64,000 nt of DNA from Balamuthia mandrillaris (GCA_031835245.2 JAVKOQ020000058.1:62001-126000); one strand, 5' to 3'; counted from the stretch's first letter, positions 12,269 to 23,784 are shown. Notes: generated by a model from the letters alone, not told the origin. Numbers and translations are program-made.

Positions 12269-12433
12269 AGTTTATTTTGCATACGCAATAACATTTCCTT
12301 GTTCCAGCAACACCATTGCTTCATTTTGTTTTTCAGTAGAACGCCGGTTCGACTCTCGCTCCCAACAGGTTAGACCCATTGAGTTTATTTTATTTTTGTT
12401 TTTGTTTTTGTTTTTTAAATTTCTGAAGAGAAG

Positions 12434-14214
12434 ATGAGAAAGCTGAGAAGGGCTGCTCTTGCCACGACGGTTTTTGTGGGGGTAGGTTTTTTTTGAGAGC
12501 CATCGAATCCACCAAAGAAAACAGTACTCTAACTTGATGGCTTTCTTTTTTTGTTTTTTGTTTTTTTTTTTTTTCCAAGGGCACAGCAGCGGTGCTATAC
12601 ACCGGTCAGCCAAAGATAGCCTTTTCTCCCGCTCTAAAGTGTAGTCTCTTCTTGCCATGTGTTCTTTCTGGTAACCTCACCGCCACTCCTTCTCAAATTT
12701 GTTGTTCTCTTTCTTTCATCGCTATCCTTCTTTTCTTTTTGTTTTCTTCTTGTTCTTGTTGTTCTTGTTCTTGTTCTCCTTCTCCTTCATTCTCCTTCAC
12801 CACCATCGTCATCTTCACCGAAACCATGAAACAGGTGCCGAACTACAGTTTTCCCATGCCGAAGGTAGCATTCGAGACGGCGCTTTGCTGCTACAAGACC
12901 TGTCCATGAAATGGAAAGAGTGGAGCCCACTCGCAAATACTTTGGGCCTTCCTTCGCTCTTCAAAAAGCAGTTCAACGTGGAGATAGAAGCAAAGCGAGT
13001 GGAGCTACTCTTTGGCCAGAACGAAACGGAAGAGGCGGAGGAACAAAGCGGTTTGTTGGATGCCCATGAACGAAAGGAATGGCAACAACAGTGGATGCAA
13101 CGAACGCAAGAAAGAAACAACGTGCGATGGTGGAGGCTAGAACGGAAAAAGCTGAACAATAACGCCAAAGGAACAGATGAAGAGGAGAAAACAGTGCAAA
13201 CAAAAGTGCTTTTGTGGGAGCACGTTCAAGTGGAAGGTTTGCGAGGGTGCTTTGAAGTGCTTGAACGGGAACAAAAGCAAGAGAAGAAGGAAGAAACGGA
13301 CTTTTCCTTCAGGTACTTGCGGCTGCCAGATTGTGCAATGAAGCTTGTGGACTCGGCTGTGCAGGGACACAAGAGAGAACGGGCAGAGTTTCCGTTGGTA
13401 CATTTTGAAAGCTTCGAGGCCAGGAACTTTGATACCACTCGAGTTCTTGCTTCCGCGCTTCATCATACTCAATGCCAAGGGTACCATTATTCTCTTCTGT
13501 TCTTTTTCCCTTTCAGTTCTCTTTCATGTTCTCGCTCTTGTTTTTCAAATGTACTGACTGTGCTATGGGCACAAAAGACATGTAAATGGGCACCCCTTTC
13601 ACATCAAGCACATCAAACAAAGCCTTTCCCCGTTAAACCCCCCAGGAATCAGCTACAACAAAGACGGAGCAGAAGAAAAACTAACTCACGTCCACGCAGA
13701 TGGGCTGCCCATCCTTGTGCTGGCCAAGTACTTGCGTCCTCCTCTGTCATGGATCACCGCGGCCAACATGCACTTGGACTTGAAATTCTCCCCCCTGCTC
13801 TTTCCTGGATGCACCGTCGTAGACTGCTCTTTATCTCTTCGTGATATTCGTGCTGAAGTTCCTTTGCATCTTCGACAACCCAACCTACAGCAAATAACTC
13901 TCGTTGACACACTCGAATCACTCGAGCAGATTGCACAGCGCCCTGAAACCGAGTTTCAACAAAGAGCTATAGAAGCAATGGCGGTTCCTCTCGTCCGCTT
14001 CATGAATGCCAACGCAGCCTCAGGACTTTCGCTTCGCTTTCGAGTGAACGTGGGCAACGCAGACCTCTTCCACGAGGAAGAGCAGTTCCTGCAAGACCTT
14101 GCCATGGCGATAGCTGTGGATCTGATGCAACAAGGCGCAAGCTACATCTCCGAATTCACGCTGGGCCAAGCCAGAGACATGATCCTACGACAACTCCAGC
14201 AGTTCACTGGGTGA
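12434..14214 (+). CDS. MDM31: Mdm31/Mdm32-like mitochondrial inner membrane protein, multi-exon
   Basis: Basic presequence-like start MRKLRRAALAT. The segments VHADGLPILVLAKYLRPPLSWITAANMHLD, LSLRDIRAEVPL and PLVRFMN parallel the Mdm31 C-terminal motifs (DGL.I.....GP..WI, L..V.A.VPL, P.V.Y.N). Confidence 0.6.
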
Positions 14215-14365
14215 GCTACGAAGAAGAAAGCATGCACAGAAAAAAAAGCAGTGATATTGAACAAAAAAAAAAAAGGCCCCAAGCAGAGATTATCAGATAT
14301 TTGTAACAGCGAGGAATGCCGAATGCTGTTTTGCGCGCAAACAGGAGGGAAACTTCGGCACGCAG

Positions 14366-14437
14366 AGGCGCGTGGCCAAATGGAAAGGCGTCTGCCTACG
14401 GAGCAGAAGATTGTGGGTTCGATCCCCACCGTGCCTG
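14366..14437 (+). tRNA. trnR-ACG: tRNA-Arg(ACG)
   Basis: Acceptor stem AGGCGCG/CGTGCCT, anticodon arm TCTGC-CTACGGA-GCAGA, T arm GTGGG-TTCGATC-CCCAC, followed by a poly-T Pol III terminator. Confidence 0.97.
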
Positions 14438-14513
14438 ATTTCTTTTTTTTCTGTTGTTTTTTTTTTAACTTTGCACACACAGCTCCGCAGAAGGGTGCCA
14501 CTTGCGGGACTGA

Positions 14514-14609
14514 TCTAGCGCGAAGAAGAGCGGAACGACGCCTCTGCTGGCATGCGTTACCGGCGCCTTTGGCTTCATCGCCGGTCACATCGTGGCCCAA
14601 CTCTTCTGA
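14514..14609 (+). pseudogene. Fragment resembling the N-terminal NAD(P)-binding motif of an extended SDR (epimerase/dihydroflavonol-reductase-like)
   Basis: Reads SSAKKSGTTPLLACVTGAFGFIAGHIVAQLF* between two TGA stops; contains the TGxxGxxG motif. Confidence 0.5.
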
Positions 14610-14838
14610 ACAACGTTTCTTCTTTCTCTGATTTTTTTTTTGTTTTTTTGCTCTTTTTACTGGCTTCTTTTGCACACAGTGTTGCTCGTGTTCTCAGCAG
14701 CACTCAAATCTTCTCACATGACACAAGAAGCCATGAATGAAGTAGTGGCTAGTTTATATTTCCAAAAGCAAAGGGAGGGCCTGCCGTTCTCTTCTGTCGC
14801 CTAAACGGGAATAGAAAGAATCAAAAAAAAAAAGAAAT

Positions 14839-14910
14839 CAGGCACGGTGGGGATCGAACCCACAATCTTCTGCTCCGTAGGCAGACGCCTTTCCATTTGG
14901 CCACGCGCCT
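14839..14910 (-). tRNA. trnR-ACG: tRNA-Arg(ACG), identical second copy
   Basis: Exact reverse complement of 14366-14437, with the same ATTTCTTTTTTT trailer. Confidence 0.97.
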
Positions 14911-15055
14911 TTGCTCTCCTGCCATCATCTCAAATTTAAAACGGGGCTGCTTTCATTTCATTTCTTCTTCGAAAGTGACCACTACGTTTTTCTTGGAATT
15001 GTAGTTCGTATTTTTTTTTTGTTGTTTTCTCTACGGCGTAGTGACTGGCCACGAG

Positions 15056-15321
15056 ATGAGAGCAGAGGTTCCCTCGGAGGGTACGGTGGACCTGCACAGC
15101 ATCCCCCTGCCCTTCTACGTGGAGGACCATGGCTTTTGGTCCGTTGTGCCGCTGAAGACTTTATGTGCGGTGTTTCTAGCCTGCGTGACGCTCTCTTTCC
15201 TCTCGGACAAAGCCTGCCACTTCCTGTTCGAGCCCTACAAACGCTTTAGCAGGCATGACCGAATACGCTGGAACTTAAGGTCCGTCTTCTTCTCCCTCGC
15301 TCACTCACTCACTCAGTCTGA

Positions 15322-15354
<33 letters not shown>

Positions 15355-16472
15355 AATGTCTTCACTACACTTTTATTTTTAATGATCGATCACTCACTTT
15401 GTGCTCATCTCACACCACTCTCCCACTACTTGCTTTTATTTTTTGGTCCCATCCAATAGAGTCATTGCCCTGATCCATGCCTCCATTGCCACTGTGGTAG
15501 GCTTTCGCATCTTCCACTTTGAGCTGCCCATTTTCAGGGACGTGATCGCGGGTTGGTCCGACTCGTGCTACATGATGAGCCCATTGACCACGGGCTACAT
15601 GATATTCGACCTCCTTGTGCTGTGCAGCAACTCCAAGCTGCTTAACGACAGCCCCAGCATTCTCCTCCACCACTTGTACATCATCTCCGGTGGCATTCTC
15701 TTCTGGGTCTATGCTCCTGTGGCTTGGGTTCGTTTCTTCTCTATACTTCTCTTCGCTTATTCTCACTTCTCGCCTGTCTTTTCTACTTTTCTTCCGTTCT
15801 TACATTCATCATACTTTTGTTTCATGCTCATTCTCTTTGTTCAACGTTATACTGCTCCTCTCTCTCTCTCTCACCCTTTCTTTTTTTAAATGTTCGTTAT
15901 CTTCTTCTTTCTTTCCATTTACTTACCAAACAATGCTTTGGTAATAGGGCTACTGCTGTTCCTTGATGGTCACCGAACTAAGCACCATCTTCCTCCACTT
16001 CAACGCCTTCTTCCTCCTCTTAGACCAATACAGTCTTCTCAACCTTCAGAACAACAACAACAACAAAGAAATCTCCAGGCCACAACAAGCTCAACCCTTT
16101 CAATGGCGGAAAACCCGGGTCTACCAGCTCAACGGCATCCTTCTCCTCTTGGCCTTCACCCACCGCACCGTGATCAGCTTCTATTTCTCCTACTGGCTGT
16201 GGAGCGTGCAAGGGGACGTGCGGCGGGTGTCGGAGGGCTGGTACCTCTTCTTGTTTTGTGGCTCCCTGCTGTTGGCCGGGCTGAACAGCTACTGGTATTC
16301 CCTGCTGTGCCGGGCGGTGCTGCAGCACTTTGCGCCCAAGCTCTTGGGGACGACGTGGTTGAAGGAGGAAGCCAAAGCAAAGGAAGCTGGCGGAGAGGGA
16401 GAACGAGAGGGCAAAGCAGCAGCGCAAGGAGAAATAGGGGATAACGACAATAATAACAAAAAACTGCTTTGA
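15056..16472 (+). CDS. TLC (TRAM/LAG1/CLN8) domain membrane protein, multi-exon
   Basis: RWNLR|VIALIHA, TTGYMIFDL, ILLHHL, ELSTIFLH and LNSYWY with multiple hydrophobic helices. The start codon is uncertain. Confidence 0.85.
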
Positions 16473-16708
16473 AAAAGAGATAAAAAAAACGAATGTTACA
16501 AACAAGAAAACTTTTAGTCGTTTTCTGGTGAAATGAATGAATTCACCTTAAAATGGACCAATTGAAAATCAAACATAGTTTAACCTTCGAAATTTCTTTA
16601 CAATTACCCAACCAGAAATCTTATGTTGATATCGCCTTAAACGGAGCTCCTTAAAATAAAATAATTGAGACAACAAAGAAAGAAAGAAAGAAAGAAAAAG
16701 AACAAAAA

Positions 16709-16992
16709 ATGAGAGGGTCACGCACGCTCCTGGCTTTGTTGATCCTAGTTCAGGTGCTCGCTTCTTCGGTCTTTGTTGTTGGAGGTGAGGTTGCTGGACG
16801 GAAGGCTTCCTCCTCGCGCCGCATCTACGTGCATTACGACCCTCAGCTCCAGCGTTTCACTGCCTCTTCATCACTCTCTTCGGCCCGCTCCGATGGCGGA
16901 AGGGGTCTGTTGGCCGCCTTTGGAGACCTCACCAACGCCCTCAACCTCACCGGCTGGGATTGGATGCACATTTACTCCAATCCGGTTTGTTG

Positions 16993-17039
<47 letters not shown>

Positions 17040-19097
17040 GCTCTCTCTCTCTCTCTCCTCTCTCTCCTTATCTCTCATTGTCACTCCTTTTGTTTGGTGG
17101 ATTGCTCTCGTGTAGACTGTGGATCAAGAAACACAAATGTATGGAGCGGGGTTCTCTGAGGGTGCTCTTACTTCTGAGAAGATTGCCACTTGGTAATGCT
17201 CTTCGTTTTTTTATTGTTGAGAGAGAAAGAGAGAGAGAACAGAAGGGAAGACTCACTTTCATTTACCAAAAAAATAACGATAACAAACAACAAAAAGGTA
17301 TCACAACGTGCACGTAAACCTGTTCAACAACAAAACACTGCCCAAAAGTTTGTACCAGTACTTGACCACCCAAATGAATTGGGCTCGTTCCACCGCGTAA
17401 CGCCCCCCTCCTTCTTTGTCTTTTTTCTCTTGCTTCATGTCTCATGCGTTCTGTCTGTCTCTGTCTCTGTCTCTGTCTCTGTCTCTGTCTCTTCTTACTT
17501 CAACGCGTTGACATCCCTTTTCTCACAAAGAGAGCAAAAGAAAGACAGCTCTGTCTATTGGCAAACCGTATGGTCTGTATTCCGCCAAATGGATGGCTTG
17601 CTCGATGGCTACACTCAATTCAAGCCATCCAACGGCCCTAATCTTGATATACTCGTTCGTTGACTCTCTCTCTTCGTTCTCCCTCTTTTAGTGGCCTTTT
17701 TTAACTTGTCTCCCTCTGGTTCTAGGACTTTTACGTGTTGAATGCGGGTGGCGATTTAGAAGACCTCGTGAAACTCTTCAACGACAGCAGCTTCTCTTCG
17801 TTCTCCTCCCCACTCACCGACAACGCTTATAACAAGAACAAACGCCCTTCTCTCGTCAAACAAGAAGATGAACCTCCTCTCGATTTTCTGGATTGCAGCG
17901 CTATCATTCGTCTCCTTCCAAACAACGCAGAGCTCTTTGCCGGTCACACCACTTGGTCCGACTATTACAGCATGAACCGCATTTTCAAGCATTACCACTT
18001 TGGCGATACATCCGCTTTTGCTTCTCTTTATTCTGAAGAGGACGTCATGAGCAACAAGAAGATAGAGAGTCGTTCATCATCTCAACTCGCTCTCCCCTCG
18101 ATATCCTTTTCGGCAAGACCAGGAATGCTGACTAGCAAGGATGACTTTTACGTATTGAGCTCTGGATTGACGGTGCTAGAGACGACGAACGGCATTTATA
18201 ATGACTCGTTATACGAAGCTGTCAAACCAGAGGGCTCTGTTTTGTGCTGGATGAGGGTCATGGTCGCCAACTTGTTGGCTAGGTTCGTTTTGTTTCTTTC
18301 CTTGTCGTTGCTTTGTCCTTTTTTCTTAAACTTAGAAACACACCAGAAATGGAACAGAATGGACGGACATCTTCGCTCTCCATAACTCTGGCACCTACAA
18401 CAACCAATGGATGATCGTCGACTACAACCTCTTTGCTAAAGTACAACAGCAACAGTCTTCTCTTCTCCCCAACACTCTTCGCATCCTGGAACAAATCCCA
18501 GGCAAGACCGTCAGCTCGGACGTGACCGACGTGCTCGTTCGTCAGGGCTACTGGCCCTCCTACAACGTCCCTTACACTCCTTACATCTACAACATCTCTG
18601 GCTGGCCTCAAATGAAGGCCAAGTATGGCGACTCCTACTCCTATGAGCGTTGCCCTCGTGCCAACATCTTTCGTCGCAACGTCACTCAGCTTCCCAACGA
18701 GGCCTCTTGGAATGGGCTGAAAGCCGTGGGAGAGCTGTTGCAGTACAACAACTGGCAGGAGGACCCGCTCTCCTTGAAGCGTCCCAACCTGGCCATCTCC
18801 TCTCGTTACGACCTGTTGCAGGACAGACCACCCATTGCCTTTGGTGGCATCGACTCCAAGCTCATCTCTTTTGCTGGCATGAAGGGTGGAAGCGGGGTCG
18901 CTAAAGATGGAGAGAAGAGGAAGCAGGAGGAAGGAGGAGCTCGTTCCTTCCCACAGAGCAAACGGATCTTGGCCATTTCTGGCCCAACACACCAACAACA
19001 GAAGCCGTTCACTTGGGATGATCCTCGCTTCTCATCCGTGGCGCACGAAGGACAGCCCACCGTGTGGAACTTTGACTGGGTGACCATGGTTTCTTAA
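16709..19097 (+). CDS. Phospholipase B-like protein (PLBD family, Ntn hydrolase), secreted/lysosomal; multi-exon
   Basis: Signal peptide; CSAIIRLLP...LFAGHTTW (nucleophile Cys), SKDDFY, LETTN, YWPSYNVPY, PRANIFRR, AISSRYDL, GGIDSK, ISGPTH. Confidence 0.95.
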
Positions 19098-19191
19098 GTT
19101 ATTTCTCTCTACGGATAAACGTTATTAATAAACGAATAAACAACAAAACCAAAAGAACAAAAAAATAGGCCAAGCATTACAGACAACAGCG

Positions 19192-20586
19192 ATGAGTGTG
19201 GCTTGGAAGGATTTACCTCAAGAGCTGCTGGTTTGTTGTGGTGGTGCCACTTAAAGACTATTATCATTCCTGCTTGCTATCCACCCTTCCCTAACTTTTT
19301 CTCTCTTCGCAGATAAACTTTTGGTCTGCACCCCAAAAGCATTGAACATTGCATCTGTTTTTCCGATGAGAACACTCACCAACATGTTCCACGTTTTGAA
19401 CCTCCTCTCTCTCTTTGCGCACTTTGTTCTCTTATTCCCACCCGCGATCTTCCCCTCTACCTCGTGAGGTATCCTCGAGCATTTCGGTAATTACAAAGAA
19501 AGAAGGGAAAACAGAAAAGCATTGCAGCTCCGTGGAGTATGGCTTGGAGCGAGTTTCCCCAAGAGCTGCTGGTATGCTTGCTCATGCAATGGTTCTTCCT
19601 GCTTTCTAACTTTCCCCCCAGGTGAGGGTGTTCGCCTCTCTTGACGCGCCGACCTTGGCGGAATGCGTTGCGGTCAACAGGGGTTGGCATGCTGCAGCTG
19701 TGGACGACATGGTTTGGAAACACCTCTTCCGCAAAAAGTTTGGCGACAGATCTTACGAAAACGAACAGCAGCTGCCTCCCTCTTCCTCAAAGCCGTGGAG
19801 GCAGAGGTTCAAGGAATGCTCGCAGCTCAAGTTTTGCTTTCACCCGCTCTGCACCACCAAGTACTCCTCGTTGAGCTCCGACTTCCTCTCCGTCAAGAAA
19901 GTGAATGGGCCGTACAGTACCAAAGCCGTTCCAGCGAGCTACTTCTTCGTCAGTCCGGCTTCACGCCTCAACCACAAGAGACAGACACCGATACAATGAC
20001 ACCTGGCTTGAAAGCTTGGAATGATACTCAGGAGAGCCAGCTCGTCTTCACGGAGTGGTCGGGAAAATTAGTGGAGCTGCAGCTCCGTGCCTCCAAGGCA
20101 TGGGATGTGGGCTTGTTTCATGTCTCCTCGGAGAAGCCGCTTTCCTTTCATCCCCTCACCTCCCTCAGGTCTTCTCCTCACTTTGTGAAGGACCTCAAGT
20201 CCACCTACAATTCAGCCGTCATTTTGAGCGTTGCTGACTTCCACGTGTACCGTTACGTTTGGAAGGAGAATGCCTCTTCTGGTATGGGAGAAGCGGGCAC
20301 AAACGGAAACGAAGAAGTGGACATGCACTCAGCAATGCTTTCCCTTGTATCTCGTCGTGACTTGGACTACTCCATCTCGGTGAGAATCGAGGGAAGGAAA
20401 AAGGGGAAGGCATGGGTCAGCTTCAAGGTGGACAATGATCCAACATTACCTTTCCCTGCTCCTCCTCCTCCTTTTGCCTTGGTGTTTGGCACTTTGCATG
20501 CTGAGGGCCAGATCCAACTCAGTCAACAGCTCATCACGTATGGAGAAACGGCCGAGATCCCCTGGTGCATGCTGAGCAATGAGTAG
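19192..20586 (+). CDS. F-box protein with two candidate first exons and an unresolved frame change near 19900-19990
   Basis: WKDLPQELL| or WSEFPQELL| spliced to VRVFASLDAPTLAECVAVNRGWHAAAVDDMVWKHL. The C-terminal part lies in a different frame (ORF 19663-20586). Confidence 0.7.
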
Positions 20587-21238
20587 AGACCACAAAGAAA
20601 CGCTGTCTTTCCACATAACTTATACCATTACCACTCGCATATCCTCTTTCCGATCTCTTTCATATTTTTATCGTTGCCACCACCAGTAACGAAACGCACC
20701 CAGAGGGGGAAGAAGCACAAGAAGAGCGCTTGCGAGAAGAGGTGCAAGAGAGAGACGAGTCATGTTCACAGAGTGGCTGGCAAGCTTGTTTCGCACCACC
20801 AATACAGGCTTCTTTTTCTGTGAAGGAAGCGGCGGGCACTGCCCGTTGAAAGACAGTTTTCTTGCTCTGCCGAGCTGTGGCAGGTTGGGATCACCCATCT
20901 CCATGAGGATCGATGCAAGGAAGGAGGTTCAGGGAACAGGGTTTGCGGTGGGCGGCTTTCGCCTTCCTCTGCCGCCGCTGCCGTTCGTCATGGTGTTCTG
21001 CATGGGCTACGAGAGAGCGGCGAAATAAAAAAATCTGGCGACGGTCCGAGGGCAGAACAGGAAGCTCGGATGGATGCGGACTTGAACAAGAAGCAAAGGA
21101 ACGAAGGAATGACGTAGGCGAAGAAAGGCAGGTGTGCGCGAGGAAAAATGCTCCCCTTTTCTCCTTTTCTCCTATTCTCCTGCTCGCTGCGGTTGTCCTG
21201 CCCGGAAGACTTCCCGTCCGGGTTGCTTTGCAGGAAAG

Positions 21239-21306
<68 letters not shown>

Positions 21307-21730
21307 CGAGAGAGAGGGTTACCGGTGGAAGAACGAACCCCTCCACTGAGACTGCACGAGATTGGCAACATGGGTGCGGAGTGATTGTACGTATTTCGTG
21401 TCGCCATGAAAAAACACATTAATACAGCAACCCCTCAAGCATGTCGACAAAAATCGGCAAGGGAAAAAAAAAAACAAATTGGAAAAGAAAAAATAGAAAA
21501 GAAGAACGAAAAAAAAAGGCCCTCTCTTCTCTCTCTCTCTCTCTTCCCTCTTCTCCCTTCTTCTGCTGATTCAACAAAAGGTTTGGGTGAGCAAGAAAGA
21601 AAGTTGATCGACCAAAAGAAGGAAGAAGAAGTCTTATCACACTCGAGTGTTCATTTATTTTTTTTTTAACTGCACTCTGCAAAAACCTTCTCAACCAAAA
21701 AAAACAAAAGCAAAAGCGCAACGTACGGTG

Positions 21731-23461
21731 ATGGAAGTGGAAGGAGGAAGAGGTGGTGGTGGAGGGCGTGGAGGCGGTGGCGGCGGTGGAGGAGGGGTAT
21801 GCAAATTCTTCCAAAGCCAGGGACGCTGCAAGTTTGGCAACAAATGCAAGTTTAGCCACGTTGGCGCTGGAGGCGGCGGCGGTGGAGGCGGTGGTGCCTT
21901 TGGAGGAGGAGGAGGAGGAGCAGGTCCCTTTGGAGGAGGCGGCGGCGGCGGCGCCTTTGGAGGAGGCGGTGGTGCCTTTGGAGGAGGCGGTGGTGCCTTT
22001 GGAGGAGGTGGATCAAGTCCCTTTGGCGGTGGGGGCGGCGGTGCCTTTGGAGGAGGAGATGGAGCGTTTGGAGGAGGAGGCGGATTTGGAGGAGGAGATG
22101 GAGCATTTGGTGGAGGAGGAAGAGGAGGAGGTGGCCGTGGAGGACGAGGCGGACGCGGCGGTAAGAAAGGAGGAAGCCGAGGCGGAGGCGGTGGTGATAG
22201 CATGTTTGCAGGCAGCAGCAATGGTGGAGGATTTGGTGGTGGAAGAGGAAGAGGTTTGTGTGTCTTGTCTTGAGGCTGTGCTGCTCACTCATTTCTTTTC
22301 CTTTATCTTTCTTCTTTGCTTCTCTTCTCTCTTCTTTCTCTTTCCTCTGCTCTTCTTCTTCCTTCTTGCTTGTCTTGTTCTTCTTCGTTCTATCTTCTTT
22401 CTTCCTTCTTCTTCGTTCTTCGTTCCTCGTTCTTCTAATTGCAGGATCTACCACGGAAGTTTGTATGCACTACGCAAAGCATGGCACTTGCAAGTTTGGT
22501 GATAAGTGTCGTTATCTTCACGAGGTACGTTTGCTTGTTTTGCTCTCTTCTTGTTTCTCTCGTTGCTTTCTTTCCGTTATATCTGGCAAACAAACGTACT
22601 CACTTCACTGGTGAGTAGGCGCCAATGTCTTCTCCCTTCGAAGGACAATCACAAGGGTCATTTGGCGGTGCAAGTTCCTCGTCACCGTTTAGCGGTGCCA
22701 CAAGCCCGTTTGCTTCTTCTTCTTCTCCATTTGGTGGCGGCGCTTCTTCCTCTCCTTTTGGCGGTGCAGCAGTACAACAGCAAGATGCATCGATACCTTT
22801 TGACAAAGTAGCCAGAGACTTTGTGGCCTATTTTTTCGAAAAGTTTTGTTCAAACGATCGTTCTCAGTTGACACCTTTGTTGGTTTGTATTGTTCTTCGC
22901 ACCCGCTTTTCTTCTCTCCTGTCGCTCGCTCGATCACACTCTTATGTTGTACTGTTATTGGTGTTGCTTGCAGAGGATGGAAACACAATGCACATTGAAC
23001 GGAAGCACAGTACAAGGTCCAGATAATATCGTCAAAAGCTTGATGGTTAGCACCCACCTCTCCTATAATCCTTTCATCTCGTCTTCTCCTTTTGTTACTC
23101 CCTTCAATGGCTGCTCCGCTGTTCTCTTCATCCTTCTCTTTACCGCCTTCTCTTCTTATCATTTGTTTCGTGTTAACTCATCCAAATTGTTTTCAAAAAA
23201 ACAGTCATTAGGAGCAGCGAGTAACTGCGAAGTAAGGCATATGGACGCACAACCAACTCTACCCGACGACGGCGTGCTGCTTTTGGTTCACGGACGGATA
23301 ACGGTTCGCAGCCTCCTTCCCAATCATTTCTGGTTGATTGTTGAACCCAGACTGACATTGTTCAACCCTCTTTTCCTCTGTCCCTCTTCCTTCTGTTTCG
23401 TTCGCTCTTTTTCTTCTCATTTCTTCTCTCTTCTCTCATTTATCGTCTCTGCTTTGTTTCT

Positions 23462-23503
<42 letters not shown>

Positions 23504-23646
23504 TTTTCTCGCTTTCTCTTTGGCACAAAAAGTTGCCACACGGAAACTTTAGGTTCGCGATGACTTTCAATCTGATGCGAGTGCCCGGAGGCGCCGCTTC
23601 CCATTACTTTATCGCAAACATGGCCCAACGTTGGAGCACCATCTAA
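21731..23646 (+). CDS. Protein with two CCCH zinc fingers, Gly/FG and RGG repeats and a C-terminal NTF2-like domain; multi-exon
   Basis: CKFFQSQGRCKFGNKCKFSH and CMHYAKHGTCKFGDKCRYLH; AFGGG/SPFGG repeats; VARDFVAYFFEKF...DRSQL...VQGPDNIV...MDAQPT...LLLVHGRI...RFAMTFNL...YFIAN. Confidence 0.85.
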
Positions 23647-23784
23647 AAGCACGAAGCAGAAGCAAACAGAAACAGAAACCGAAACCGAACAAAACCAAAA
23701 CAGTAAACTTTGAACATTGTTTTAACTTCTTTATTTTTTTGCTTTAATACTTTAAAAAAAAAAAGAGAGGAAGGAAGAAAGAAG

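Larger units (their letters stand above)
10134..12314. mobile_element. DNA transposon of the PIF/Harbinger-ISL2EU (PHIS) group with two divergent genes; degenerate copy
   Basis: Left end GGAGCTGCTGGA (10134-10145) and right end TCCAGCAACACC (12303-12314) are inverted repeats matching at 10/12, each flanked by AT (CAAT|...|ATTG). Both internal genes end within ~40 bp of these ends. Confidence 0.75.

Noticed and set aside
21691..22502. Proline-rich (formin/extensin-like) and Glu/Ala-rich ORFs
   Set aside because: Antisense and alternate-frame shadows of the Gly-rich CCCH exon.
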